This document shows, piece by piece, positions 8,972 through 18,981 of a DNA stretch of 64,000 bases. The stretch's first letter is position 1. Each line of letters starts with the position of its first letter. The notes beneath the pieces are model-generated. The model had not been told where the DNA came from and made no database searches. It saw only the letters and a list, made by a program, of their open reading frames with translations. The translations under genes were made by a program, and so were the position numbers. This stretch comes from Limisphaerales bacterium (GTDB lineage Bacteria; Verrucomicrobiota; Verrucomicrobiia; Limisphaerales; SXTU01), in NCBI GenBank assembly GCA_040081795.1, contig JBEBFV010000001.1, forward strand, positions 959-64,958, in the 5' to 3' direction.

Positions 8972-10120
8972 TCACTCCAAGCAACAAACGCCATCATCGT
9001 TCTGGCTCTCTGCGCTGCTCATCGCAGGCGCATCAACGGATTTCGGCCGGAAATCCACCGGCACCAGCGTTGGTTTCGGCAGGCTCTGGGGGCTGGCCTT
9101 CCACTGGCTTTCCCAATCATCGAGTGAAGGCACAGTGACCTCCGCGTGCTTGGCATAGGCGCGATGCACCGCCTTGGAGTTGTGTCCCAGCGCCTGCTTC
9201 GCGAAGCGCTCTGGGTAGCCGCATTGCAAGGCGCGCTCCGCCCACGCATACCGATACGAGTGCAAGGACACGCCTTGGATGTTCAGCCCTTGGCAGCGTT
9301 GCCGGAACTCCGTCGCCCGGTCATTCGCACGCACGGTGCAGAGATACGGGAACAATGGGCCGGTGGCGGGTCGCCGTTGCAGGATGGCCTCAATCTCCAC
9401 GCCAAAGCGCAGCAAGGTCGGCTTGATGCCGGCCCGGGATTTCAACTTGGCGCGCGTGTAGGAAATGGTCCGTGCGTTCCAGTTGATGTCCTCGGTGAAC
9501 AGACACGCGGCGTCCGTCTGCGAAGCCCCCGTGTGCCAGAGCAACTCGTAGAAGTCCCGCCGCTCGGGGTTCGGTTCGCGCTGGAGGATGGCGGAGTGTT
9601 CCAGCGCTGTGATGGCGCGCTTGGGTTTGAACACCGGCTTGGGCCATTGCAGGCGGGGGATGACGGACTTGAGCAGCCACTCCATGCCCAACGCATGGTT
9701 GTGGATGCGGCGCAGATAGACGTTGGTGGACACCTTACCGCCCGCCAATGCCCGGTCGAAGTGCTCGGGACGAGTCTCTGCCACACAGAGGTTGCGGAGG
9801 CAGTCAAAGCTCCGATCCTTGATGGCAGTCTCCCACCGGCGCAAGGTCGAGCCGGTCTTCTTGCTCACGAGGTTGTCCATCACCTCCTGCCAGGTTCGGG
9901 TTGCGAGCTTGGGGTCAGCACCGTTGACGTAAACCCGCGCCAGCGACAGATTGAGGTTGGGCTGACTTTCCGTCTCGTTGTGCGCATGGAGGATGCGTTG
10001 CGCCTCGTGCTTGTCGCTGGTCTTGAGGCTGGTTTGAACGCCGGTGACTTTGTTCTTGATTTAGAATACGCCCCAAGGACGCCGGACCAGACCGAATGCT
10101 TGCTTCATTGCTTCACTCAT
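8972..10120 (-). pseudogene. Tyrosine recombinase (phage-type integrase) interrupted by an in-frame TAA
   Basis: The C-terminal catalytic region (..HSYRYAWAERAL..LGHNSKAVHRAYAK) lies in ORF 8972..9883. The same frame continues upstream (IKNKVTGVQTSLKTSDKHEAQRILHAHNE..) to a TAA at 10061-10063. That stop is preceded by MSEAMKQAFGLVRRPWGVF starting at 10120. Confidence 0.7.
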
Positions 10121-10283
10121 GGTTGCGAGTGTGAAGCGGTCGGCGACTGTCGCGTAAGCGAGCAGTGGGCGAGCGGTGACCGCGCAGGGGCCAGATTCTG
10201 AACGGGCTGCCAAATGGGTGAAGATTCCGGTGAAACTTTCCCTCCGACTCGGGCAAAACCCCCAATAAATATGGGGTTCTAGC

Positions 10284-10307
10284 TGGAGGCGGAGGTCGGA
10301 ATCGAAC
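10284..10307 (-). other. Orphan tRNA 3' fragment (T-loop to CCA), putative att remnant
   Basis: The reverse complement reads GTTCGATTCCGACCTCCGCCTCCA, i.e. T-loop, T-stem 3' strand, acceptor 3' strand and CCA. Upstream sequence does not fold into D or anticodon arms. Confidence 0.5.
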
Positions 10308-10434
10308 GAAATAACCGTGCGCCAAGCCCTTTGTCGATCACATTCCCGAAGGAATCAACCCTAATCCGCCACTATCATTTCTTATCCGCCAGTATCCAAA
10401 CCTGTCAGTTTTCCTGTCAGTCAAAAATCACGTT

Positions 10435-10677
10435 TTAGCCCTGCGAACCCGCTCGCACAACCGCTCTATTTTCATTGAGCAACACCGTCTTGCCAACGCC
10501 GCGCAGACCGGTCAGCAGAAGGCTCTTCGCCGAGTGTTTCGCTGTCACACGCCTCAAGAGCACACGAGCCTGCTGAAGGACTCCTTCGCGTCCGACCAAT
10601 TCGGGCGGCGGTGAGCCAGCACCAGGAGAAAACGGGGTTTTGATGGCGTCCATCACGGTTTCGGCGACTTCTAGCAA
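10435..10677 (-). pseudogene. N-terminal fragment of a P-loop (AAA/ORC-like) ATPase
   Basis: FSPGAGSPPPELVGREGVLQQARVLL..LLLTGLRGVGKTVLLNE is the typical start of large AAA_16/ATPase proteins. The ORF ends after ~80 aa. Confidence 0.5.
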
Positions 10678-10893
10678 TTTCTAACAATGTCTAGCGGTTT
10701 TCTGCTAGAACGCCCTATAAACAGGTAGAAACGCGATGGCAGCGGGTGATGGCACTCGGAGGCGGCACGTCGGACTTCTCCGCACACCAACACCAGTCGG
10801 TGGAAACCCTCGATGGGCGGGTTGCCCAAGTCTGATTACCCCGGCGAAGCCTCCGAGGCGTGTTCCGAAACTTGGACAAGTCGAGCCTCCCAT

Positions 10894-11199
10894 TCAAGCC
10901 GCCTCGGCACGTGCCATAAAGCTCACCCGTGCTCCCGCGTTTTGATTCTTGGTCTGAACAGCTCGGTAGATTGCCTTGGTGACTTCGTTCAAGAATTCCT
11001 CTTCCTTAACCAGCTTCTCAATGCTTGGTGTGGAGAAATACTTTGTGGCGTTGTGGCGTGGTGACCCCAGCGGCTTCAGCAGTTTTTTCCGGACTAGAAT
11101 CCGGATAGAGTCGGGTTTGCAGTTCAACAGATCCGCCACTTGCTCTTCAGTGAGCCGGGCAGGGAGTCTGACAAGATTGAGGATATGGCGATCAGTCAT
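10894..11199 (-). CDS. Excisionase/AlpA-like helix-turn-helix DNA-binding protein
   Basis: The internal Met gives MTDRHILNLVRLPARLTEEQVADLLNCKPDSIRILVRKKLLKPLG, an excisionase-family HTH pattern. The ORF track extends to 11280. Confidence 0.5.
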   Translation of the reverse strand: MTDRHILNLVRLPARLTEEQVADLLNCKPDSIRILVRKKLLKPLGSPRHNATKYFSTPSIEKLVKEEEFLNEVTKAIYRAVQTKNQNAGARVSFMARAEAA

Positions 11200-12068
11200 G
11201 TCACTAAGAACTGGGCCTCCGCTTTTTTTGAACCCGTGGCCACGACACCCCGAACCGCACCCCGTTACGCTCACGTCCACAACTTCACGTCGCCAGGGGG
11301 AACACTGGTGTCCATGTTGCTCCCGGTCTTATTTTCCTCGACAAATGCGAGTATTTGACGCCGCATGGCGGCGTCATTTTTGAATCTTGAGTGCGTGAGC
11401 AGAGACGGATCGGTAACGCCAGAGTTTTTGGAATGACTCAGTGCTTCAGGAGCAGCAGGTGCACGGGGAGCCTAAGCACTGTCTACAACGATCCTGCTGC
11501 ACGCTGTCCACATTGCCCCGGCTGACTCCTTGGCAAGACTGCGAGCGTCGCCACTGGCCTACGTTTTCCAAACTGTTCTGCCGTCAGACTGTTGCCTGGC
11601 TTCGGTAGCTCATCCAATTCCATACCCCTAGCCTCCCCCTCAATGACATGGCTGACCGGGCACCTTCACCGCCACAGGCCCAAGTGCCCTCCTTGCCGCT
11701 CCTGACCAATGCCGTCTACCAGCATTGGCAAGGTCGCGCCAAGATGCTTGGGCCGGGAGCAGAATATGATTTGGTGGATGAGTTCTCCGACATGATGGTG
11801 CTGCGTGACTGGTCTGAGTGGCGACCCGACCCCGGCCAGCACGAAACCCCGGCAGAGTAAGCGAGGCAATCAGCGGCAGGGACGATGCCACGCACCGTCG
11901 GGTCACAAAGCCGAGTGACACCATCTGGTTGAGCCAGCCTGCGAGCGCTGCTCCGCACGGCGGGACACGGCAAAGGGGCGGCAAGCGGATGGCCGCCTAT
12001 TTCTTCCCAGCAACTTCGGACTCGAACTGAATCAGCAACACGAGTCCCCCCTCAAGTGTTGTGCGCCG

Positions 12069-13115
12069 TCAATCCTGCAACGTATTGAGCGCGGCCTTGG
12101 CGCGGAAGTCGGCAACCTTCGCCGTCCAGCTGAAGGGCTTGCGACCGGCCTTGGGAGCGGCGAGGTGAGCCGTGATGTCCGTTTGGAGTTGTGCCATGCT
12201 CTGGATCATCCCTTGGCGCAGCGGGCGCGTGGTCAGTGTGCGAACGAGGCGAAGCACCATGTCGCGCCAACTAAAGTTAACGAACTCGTAATCTCCGGGG
12301 GGCGGTGGAAGTTTGTGCCGCTGCGCAAACTCCTTGAAGCGAGCACGCGTGAGGCCGTCGCCTATGAACAGGTGGAGTTTCTGATCGGCTGGCATCTGCG
12401 TGTCGAACTGTTGCAGGAAGCGCAATAGTTCCCGGCGTCCATCCCCGGCCAGACCGGTGCTCGGGAGCGTGTCACAGAGAGTTTCATCGAGAGTGTTGAG
12501 TGCGGCAGACAGCGTGGGGGTGCGCCGCCGCCCCTGCGGCCTCGGAACACGTGTCAATGCCTCAGTCCTACTGCTCATACCCTTACACAGAACGAGCGCC
12601 CGTATCGGCGGGGCCAGATAAAGCCCGACGATGGCCTCCAGCCTCTCGGCGAAGCGAGGCTCGTCACCCACTTTTGGGAGGGCGACCCGGAACTTGATCT
12701 TAGCCGTCTTCCAAATCCGCCTCACGCTGGAGGCACTCACTCCAGCCTTCTTGGCCATAAGGTTTTGGCTCCAAACAGCCGCCGTGTCTGGGCTTTCGTC
12801 CCTTGTCAGGGTGAGGATCCTCTGCGGGTCGATCTGCCTGGGCCGACCGGGCCGGGGCCGGTCCTTGACCAAAGCCTTAAGGCCTTCCGCTAGGAACCGC
12901 GCCCGGATGCGCCCGCACCGCTGACGCGACGCGCACAGTTTGGCCGCAATGGCCGTGTCGTCTTTGCCCTCGTCTGCCATGAGCAGCACGCGGGCGCGCA
13001 GGCGCTGCTTGCCAAGAAGGGTTCGCGCCCTGCTCCAGCGCTCCAACTCCGCACGGTCTGGCAGGGTCAACTTTACTCGCTGTGGTTTGCGCATACCCCA
13101 CCAGATGCCGCCCAT
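12069..13115 (-). CDS. IS630-family transposase-like protein with degenerate DDE triad
   Basis: The N-terminal paired HTH (RAELERWSRART..RARVLLMADEGKDDTAIAAKL..RFLAEGLKALVKDRPRPGRPR..) is IS630-like. Expected catalytic blocks read VLCKGMSSR, LFIGDGLTR and FSWRDMV instead of VDEKS, LDNYxxH and WLNxVE. No terminal inverted repeats were found. Confidence 0.65.
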   Translation of the reverse strand: MGGIWWGMRKPQRVKLTLPDRAELERWSRARTLLGKQRLRARVLLMADEGKDDTAIAAKLCASRQRCGRIRARFLAEGLKALVKDRPRPGRPRQIDPQRILTLTRDESPDTAAVWSQNLMAKKAGVSASSVRRIWKTAKIKFRVALPKVGDEPRFAERLEAIVGLYLAPPIRALVLCKGMSSRTEALTRVPRPQGRRRTPTLSAALNTLDETLCDTLPSTGLAGDGRRELLRFLQQFDTQMPADQKLHLFIGDGLTRARFKEFAQRHKLPPPPGDYEFVNFSWRDMVLRLVRTLTTRPLRQGMIQSMAQLQTDITAHLAAPKAGRKPFSWTAKVADFRAKAALNTLQD

Positions 13116-13610
13116 GACTATTAGTTACATTATTTGTGACGCACTATTCAAAGTGTGGACAAGAATGTCTTCCGAGAAGAAGGCAGGTGCCGCCAATGTG
13201 GTTCATCCCCGACTGCACCAACGTCCCCGAAATGCAGAAGAGACCGCGCATCCCTAAGTAAACACGGGCCGTTCTGCCAAGGGTGGCCGCTGAATCTTGC
13301 TCACGATGCCGAGCCAAACTGACCCCGCCGTGGTTCGGCAACCATTGCCCGTGATGACCCCAAAATTCAGCCAGGGGAGCTGAAAGCGGATCCCATGTTC
13401 TTCCTCCCGATGGCCCCGTTGGGCCTTCGGGTTCATGAACCACCGACAACACAGCGGTCATCGCCGACCGCGCCAAGCCACCTGCAAGGGTGGTGGGCAT
13501 CGCACCGGGCGCGGTCCCTTTCGCCGGTTCACCCCAAGTATCACTCAAGGGGGAAGACATCTTTGTCCGTCCTCTCCCGCCAACAGCTCAACACACACGC
13601 ACACACAGTT

Positions 13611-14522
13611 ATGATTGACACCGTCCGTATCAAGACCAACCGACTCTTCCACCCAGACATCACCGACTGTCTCTCAGAGAACTGGCAGGCGACTGACTTC
13701 CAGTCAAGGGGTGTGAACGGCGATGGAAGCGGGTGGACAGGCAAAAACAGGATAACGCTGGAAGATAAAACTACCGGCCTCCGCATTGGCGGCACTCGGT
13801 TCGCAGCCGAGTGGATCGAAACTTCCCTGCCCACGTTGCTTCACGGCCACAACGGCATGCTCATCGTCAACCAGCAGGAGCTTGATGATGCCCTCGACAT
13901 GCTCTACGAGACCGTCGATCAGGTGTGCGAACCTGCCGAGGATGCGGCTGAGGACACTTTCACACGCGTGGATCCGGTCTGGCAGTTCAGGGGCAACCCT
14001 GAAGCGTTCAAGGCCGCGCATCGGAACTGCCGCCATAGACGGATTCGCAAGGAGGCAATGGAGTATGATGGCCAAGGCATGGTCTGGAAAGGCACACAAC
14101 TGAGCGTGACTCTGTATGACAAGCGATTGAAAATGTTCAAAAAGCCCGGTGACGTTGTGCGGGTCGAGGTGCGGCTCTGGGGCAAGGTGCTGCGGAAGGA
14201 GTTCACTGGATCAGAGCACGGCGACTTGAGAAATCTCTCTTTCTGGCGTTGCTACGAGGTCTATCGTGAGATCATGTGCGGCTTCTGTCCTGCGCCTATC
14301 CCACGCGTGTCCAAGCTGGCGGAATTCTTGACCCTTGGTGAGGTTGAGGGGTGGAAAACAAAGGCAGGTGTCTCGCAGTTCGACATCTGGAAGATTGGAG
14401 TCTCCCCGCGTCAGGTGAGCCGGATGCGCAGGGATATGGCGTCCCTCCGTCCAATAGTTCACCACATCGACTGGGAGACACTCTTGCCGGTGCACGAGCT
14501 GCCTCCCTTGGTCGAGTTGTAG
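13611..14522 (+). CDS. Rep_trans-like replication initiation protein (rolling-circle plasmid/phage type)
   Basis: The start MIDTVRIKT at 13611 lies within ORF 13395..14522. Motifs LSVTLYDKRLKM and VVRVEVRLWGK resemble the replication initiation factor family. Confidence 0.5.
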   Translation: MIDTVRIKTNRLFHPDITDCLSENWQATDFQSRGVNGDGSGWTGKNRITLEDKTTGLRIGGTRFAAEWIETSLPTLLHGHNGMLIVNQQELDDALDMLYETVDQVCEPAEDAAEDTFTRVDPVWQFRGNPEAFKAAHRNCRHRRIRKEAMEYDGQGMVWKGTQLSVTLYDKRLKMFKKPGDVVRVEVRLWGKVLRKEFTGSEHGDLRNLSFWRCYEVYREIMCGFCPAPIPRVSKLAEFLTLGEVEGWKTKAGVSQFDIWKIGVSPRQVSRMRRDMASLRPIVHHIDWETLLPVHELPPLVEL

Positions 14523-15868
14523 TGGGCCAGCCACTGCTGTGATGACGAAGGCCTGACCACGGACAAGCAAAAGCCAACCCGGCTCGGCACGCCACGGCAG
14601 CACGCCAGAAGACCGCTGGCCTTTAGGTTTCTGGCCGCACAAGTTGCCACGCACCATGGGGTGTGCAACTGCCCCCGTGTGCCAGTGAAGTGGAGGGCCA
14701 GACTCAGCACGACCAAGCCTGACAGTGATACTGGCTGACACGAGCAGGCGTGAAGGTGGCGCAGGCTGACCTTCAAGGCCCGCTGGCTCGTCCGCGACCC
14801 ACCGTGGCCGACCGCTGTTGCCGCCTTCACGACCTAGTCACGCAAGGCGCAGGCGCGGCCCATCGAGTCACGCCACGGCGGCGAGCTGGGCGTCCGCACA
14901 AAGCGGCTGAGTGTGAACTCATGCGGTTCACCAAGCAGAGCCTTCACCGGAAAGCTCCGACCCTCATCATGTCCGGGAGGAAGAGGCCGAGCAGTTGGAA
15001 CCTGAGCACTGCCATCACCCACGCCATGGTGTGAACCAGACGGAGCTGTGCGTGCCAGTGCTGACGGAGGGAGTCCGAGTTCACCAGCCATTGGCATGTC
15101 ACCTTCTGGCTCTTCAGGCCATGACCAGCTCGCTAGCAATGAGCACTGGAATCTCACACGCCAGTGTAGCAATGGTGGATGTCCAGAGTGAGGCAGTCAA
15201 CCTCAGCCAAGTGAGGTGCGCCTGGTCGTGAGCCTTGCCGGGAGGCAGCTGCACGGCGAGGCGGTGGGACACTCCATCCATTCATTCCCACTGCCCCAAA
15301 GGGTCAGCCAGCCATCTGCCCAAGCTGGATGGTGGATGGGCCAGCCGTCCCCCGGCTCGAAAAGGAGGAGCGGAGGCGCAGACGACGGGCGCAGGGCAAG
15401 AGGTGGACGCGCCTCCGGCGCGGGCAGCGCGGCGCCTGCGCACCGGAGGTGCGCCTCCGGGACTGCTTGGTGAGCCAGGACGAGGGTGGCCCAGACCTTC
15501 CCAGCCATCGGGCAGGCGCTGACGAGGCTCCAGCCCTCTTCTCTCCAGCAGCCCCTCGTTATCTGCCCACGCCGCCCTGTCCGTGCCTTCAAGACTGCCC
15601 ATTCCCGGCCTGTCCAGCAGGAGCAGGCGAGTCCGCTTGCCCTCGCTGTCTACTGTCTACTGACCCGCCCAGCGGTTCATTTTCAAATTGTGCACAAACT
15701 TCAAACGTGCCCAAAACCCTTGCTGGACAGGCCTATTTGCATCACACGTCGGCACCGTCTTCTCCTGCTTCCCAGACTTGAGCGCCCCGCCCCGTTAAAC
15801 CGGAACAGCGCATTCCAGACTTTGCTGTTCTTGAAGGTAGGCCGGGGTATCTGGCCGGACACGAAATC

Positions 15869-17419
15869 ATGAACATGAAGACTCACCTCAAGAAAATGCC
15901 CATTAGCGATCAACCTCACCAGCCCGCTAAAACGCACCACCTGCAAGCTGGCACGGCAGAAACACGGGCGAAAGCCGCAGACACACAAGCGGGTTCCACT
16001 GCCATCGGCGTCATGAGTGGAAACGAAAAGGACTCAACTGGCCACGGCAGTAACCCCGGTGCAAGCGACGCCGAACCAGCCTCCCCGCCAACTCCTTTGA
16101 CGGACGCGCAGCGGGAGGTGGCGGATCGGTTCAGAGACAAACGGGCGCAGCCAGATTCCACGGACCTTGAGTCCGGTTTGGACTTACTCGACATCATCCG
16201 CAACCAGCGCCTGCCCATGCGTGGAGGTAGGATATTGGACAGCGAGCAACTACTCGGCCTGGACCGCTTTGAGGTTCGCCGGTTGGTTGAGGTTGCGGAA
16301 CTGCATCGCGCCGGGCAAGGCGGCGGCAGTCCTGCCCTCGGTGCAGACGTTCGTGCATCCAAGTTCAGCGCTAGCAAGGAGCCGCCCGCCAGTCCTCCGA
16401 AGGCAGCTACCGGAGAGGGGAAGAGTGCAGCTTCGGCACCTAGCCCGGCACCGGAGAAAAAGCGCCCCGTCAAAATGAAGGAAGAGGCGACGGAGGCCAA
16501 CGCACTACAAACCGGAGCACCGGTTCAAAGCCTCGCCAATCCATCAGTCGAAACGGTTCAGCCCGGCCCGGAAGAGCCTACCCGTGCAGGTGAGAAAACG
16601 CCTGAAGATCCAACTGGCACAGGTGAGATTCCATCAGCCACCAGGCAAAGGAAAAAGCGTCAAACGGTCGCCAATCAAGCTGCCGACAAGGCGACCGTCG
16701 GCACCACGCTCACGCTCATCGAACAGGAGCAGCGCCTCATCCAGTTGGAAACCATCGTCGAGAACGGCTTCACCACTTTGTGGGAGATGGGCAAGGCCAT
16801 GCTCGAAATCCGAGACACGAAGCTTTACGTGAAACGCTACAAAACCTTCGAGCGATACTGCGAGCAACGCTGGGCCAAGCATCGGTCTCGCTGCTACCAG
16901 CTGATGGACGCCGCCGAGGTCCAGCAGAATTTGTCCATGTCCACCCAGGTGGACATTTCTGAGCTAACCGAGAAGCACTGCCGGGAGTTGGTCAAGCTCA
17001 AGAAGCCCGCAGACCAACGCACAGCTTGGAAGGAGGCGGCAGCGTCAGCGGACGGCACCGTGTCGCTCGTGCATCTGAAGCAGGCGGTGGCAAAACTCCG
17101 GCCTCCGGCTCGACCGCTGCCCGCCGACAAAGCCCCGGCAACCGCCGCGCCTGTAGCAGGGGCAGCGGAGGGCACACCCGATCACGCAGTGCCCGCCGAA
17201 ACTCATGAAGAGCCAACCACTGACCAGCCTGAGTCTCCACCTGCCACCGGCCCCGCAGCCTTTGCCCGCGATGAGTTCGACCTCGACGAGGAGTGGCTCG
17301 TCGTCGAGCAGACCCTCACCAGCCTGTTCCGGCGCTGCCCCAAGTATCGGTGGCCGGTCTTGTGGAAACGATTGAATGGCTATTTTGAGAAAAATCCTGA
17401 ACTCATCCCTGCTGACTAG
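15869..17419 (+). CDS. Hypothetical protein: low-complexity N-terminus, DUF3102-like C-terminal region
   Basis: 516-aa ORF. The segment WEMGKAMLEIRDTKLYVKRYKTFERYCEQRWAKHRSRCYQLMDAAEV resembles plasmid/phage DUF3102-type proteins. Confidence 0.5.
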   Translation: MNMKTHLKKMPISDQPHQPAKTHHLQAGTAETRAKAADTQAGSTAIGVMSGNEKDSTGHGSNPGASDAEPASPPTPLTDAQREVADRFRDKRAQPDSTDLESGLDLLDIIRNQRLPMRGGRILDSEQLLGLDRFEVRRLVEVAELHRAGQGGGSPALGADVRASKFSASKEPPASPPKAATGEGKSAASAPSPAPEKKRPVKMKEEATEANALQTGAPVQSLANPSVETVQPGPEEPTRAGEKTPEDPTGTGEIPSATRQRKKRQTVANQAADKATVGTTLTLIEQEQRLIQLETIVENGFTTLWEMGKAMLEIRDTKLYVKRYKTFERYCEQRWAKHRSRCYQLMDAAEVQQNLSMSTQVDISELTEKHCRELVKLKKPADQRTAWKEAAASADGTVSLVHLKQAVAKLRPPARPLPADKAPATAAPVAGAAEGTPDHAVPAETHEEPTTDQPESPPATGPAAFARDEFDLDEEWLVVEQTLTSLFRRCPKYRWPVLWKRLNGYFEKNPELIPAD

Positions 17420-17495
17420 GGTATCAACCCGCGTTGCGGCTCGGTCCCCCGCCTGAACCAGCCACCTTCAGCCATCATCCCCGTCCTCAACTGTC

Positions 17496-18365
17496 ATGTC
17501 ATCCATGGATACCTTCCTCGCCACTAAAGCCGAGATGCGCCGCGTCGCCCGCGCTCAGATGAAGCGCGGTGTCCGGCAGAACTGCCACGCCTGCCACAAC
17601 TCCGCCCATGGCGGCAAACTCCGCTCGCCCGACCAAGGGCGATTTTTCCCCACCGGTCACGGCCTCTTCTGGGTTTGTTGTTCCTGCCTCACCCGCATGT
17701 CTGTGCGTGACCGTAAGCGGATGCGTGACTCTCTGGAGCGCAGGGGCTTGCCCTACACCTCTACATTGTCCGTTCCTGTTCCACCTACCAGGGAGCAGCT
17801 CCGCCGCCGAAGGCCCAAATACTGCTCGGAGTGTAACAACGGCTTGGGTGGCCGAGTGCTACTCTCCTCCGACCAGGGCCAGTTCCTCATCGACCACCGG
17901 GGTGAGCGCTGGGTATGCCACCGCTGCATCAACCAGAGCAACTGCGCCGCCTGCACCTCCCCGGATGAGAAGCAGCTCCACGCGTGGCTGGTCTCCGAGC
18001 ATATAAGCCACCGGATGCAGGCCTTGATTGGTGGCGAGCTGTTCGATTGCCACATTACGGATTGGGACCTGCTTATCGAGTTGGGCATCCGGTCGGCCCA
18101 TCCTACCGCCGCCCAAACGAAGAAAGACTGGCAACGTAACCGGATTGCCAAAGAGCACAATACCCGCCTCCTGTGCTTGCAGTGGGATGATCGGGACTCG
18201 GTTGCCAAGATACAGGCAGCCCGAAAGCTGGATGAGCGTCCACAGCAACAGCCTGCTTTCAGAAGCCTTTCACCTTGGGCACCGCCGCACTATTACGTTC
18301 AGGCAGATCGTGAACCGGAGGGGATTCCCTCGGACACGCCGCCAGAAGACGCGCCATGGCAGTAG
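17496..18365 (+). CDS. Cys-rich protein with two internal zinc-ribbon-like repeats
   Basis: CHACHNSAHGGKLRSPDQGRFFPTGHGLFWVCCSC is repeated as CSECNNGLGGRVLLSSDQGQFLIDHRGERWVCHRC. Confidence 0.5.
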   Translation: MSSMDTFLATKAEMRRVARAQMKRGVRQNCHACHNSAHGGKLRSPDQGRFFPTGHGLFWVCCSCLTRMSVRDRKRMRDSLERRGLPYTSTLSVPVPPTREQLRRRRPKYCSECNNGLGGRVLLSSDQGQFLIDHRGERWVCHRCINQSNCAACTSPDEKQLHAWLVSEHISHRMQALIGGELFDCHITDWDLLIELGIRSAHPTAAQTKKDWQRNRIAKEHNTRLLCLQWDDRDSVAKIQAARKLDERPQQQPAFRSLSPWAPPHYYVQADREPEGIPSDTPPEDAPWQ

Positions 18366-18476
18366 TTAGGCGATGGCTGCTCCCGTCAAAACCATCCGGC
18401 TCCTGATGCACGAAAAGGATTTCCTCGCCATGTTCTCGCCCATCACGAGGTGCCTGGCTGGAGCCTTCCTCTGGAG

Positions 18477-18893
18477 TGTAGACACCAACCCACCCATCTA
18501 CCAGTCTACAGGATCTCTAGCTGACCAGGTCAGGTTAAGGAGCCTGTCTACAGCGTGGTCGCCGCCCGCCGAGTGTCGTGGTGCATCACATAGCGACTTG
18601 GGGCTGGCGAGAGATTACCGCGAACAGATCGGTGGCGGCGGTGTTTCCGCTCCCGGCGAGGGTGCTCGTCACGATGGAGACAGCGCCAGCAAGCAACCGC
18701 CAACCAGTCCTACGCACGCGGCAGCCGCAGCTGGTGGGAGCACAACGCAAAAGCAATTTCAGCCGCCGCCGTGTGGCGTTTCCACTCCCCGTCTGAGGTC
18801 ATCCTGTCTACAAGTTCCGTGTAGACAGGATGGTTGAGTGCCCGGCCCAAACGGATGAGCGGTGCAAGGTTCCTGAACAAGGGACTGTCTACA
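18477..18893. promoter_or_regulatory. Cluster of TGTCTACA/TGTAGACA sites including a perfect 12-bp inverted repeat
   Basis: Sites lie at 18477-18484, 18503-18510, 18545-18552, 18803-18812, 18820-18829 and 18885-18893. ATCCTGTCTACA-AGTTCCG-TGTAGACAGGAT spans 18801-18831. The cluster sits just upstream of the gene starting at 18982. Confidence 0.5.
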
Positions 18894-18981
18894 AAACGGC
18901 CACGTTCTATGCGTGACGGCCATGCTTGGTGGCAGACGGGACCCTCCAGTCTCGCAGACACCGGTGACCGCAAAACAAAAA

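Noticed and set aside
9146-10201. 351-aa plus-strand ORF
   Set aside because: It is antisense to the integrase, whose catalytic motifs are clear on the minus strand.
10284-10370. Possible complete 87-nt tRNA (5' GGCGGAT could pair with the 3' acceptor strand)
   Set aside because: No D arm, anticodon arm or T-stem 5' strand can be formed. Only the last 24 nt are tRNA-like, so the 5' match is treated as coincidence. A tmRNA reading was also rejected, because no matching 5' end lies ~350 nt away.
12030-13160. Terminal inverted repeats for the IS630-like gene (TGACGGCGCAC.. versus TGACGCAC..)
   Set aside because: The similarity is limited to ~8 nt and overlaps the stop codon region, which is not convincing as inverted repeats.
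18373-18837. 154-aa plus-strand ORF
   Set aside because: It has low-complexity composition and is filled with the TGTCTACA site cluster and a 12-bp inverted repeat. I treat it as probably regulatory/non-coding, without certainty.
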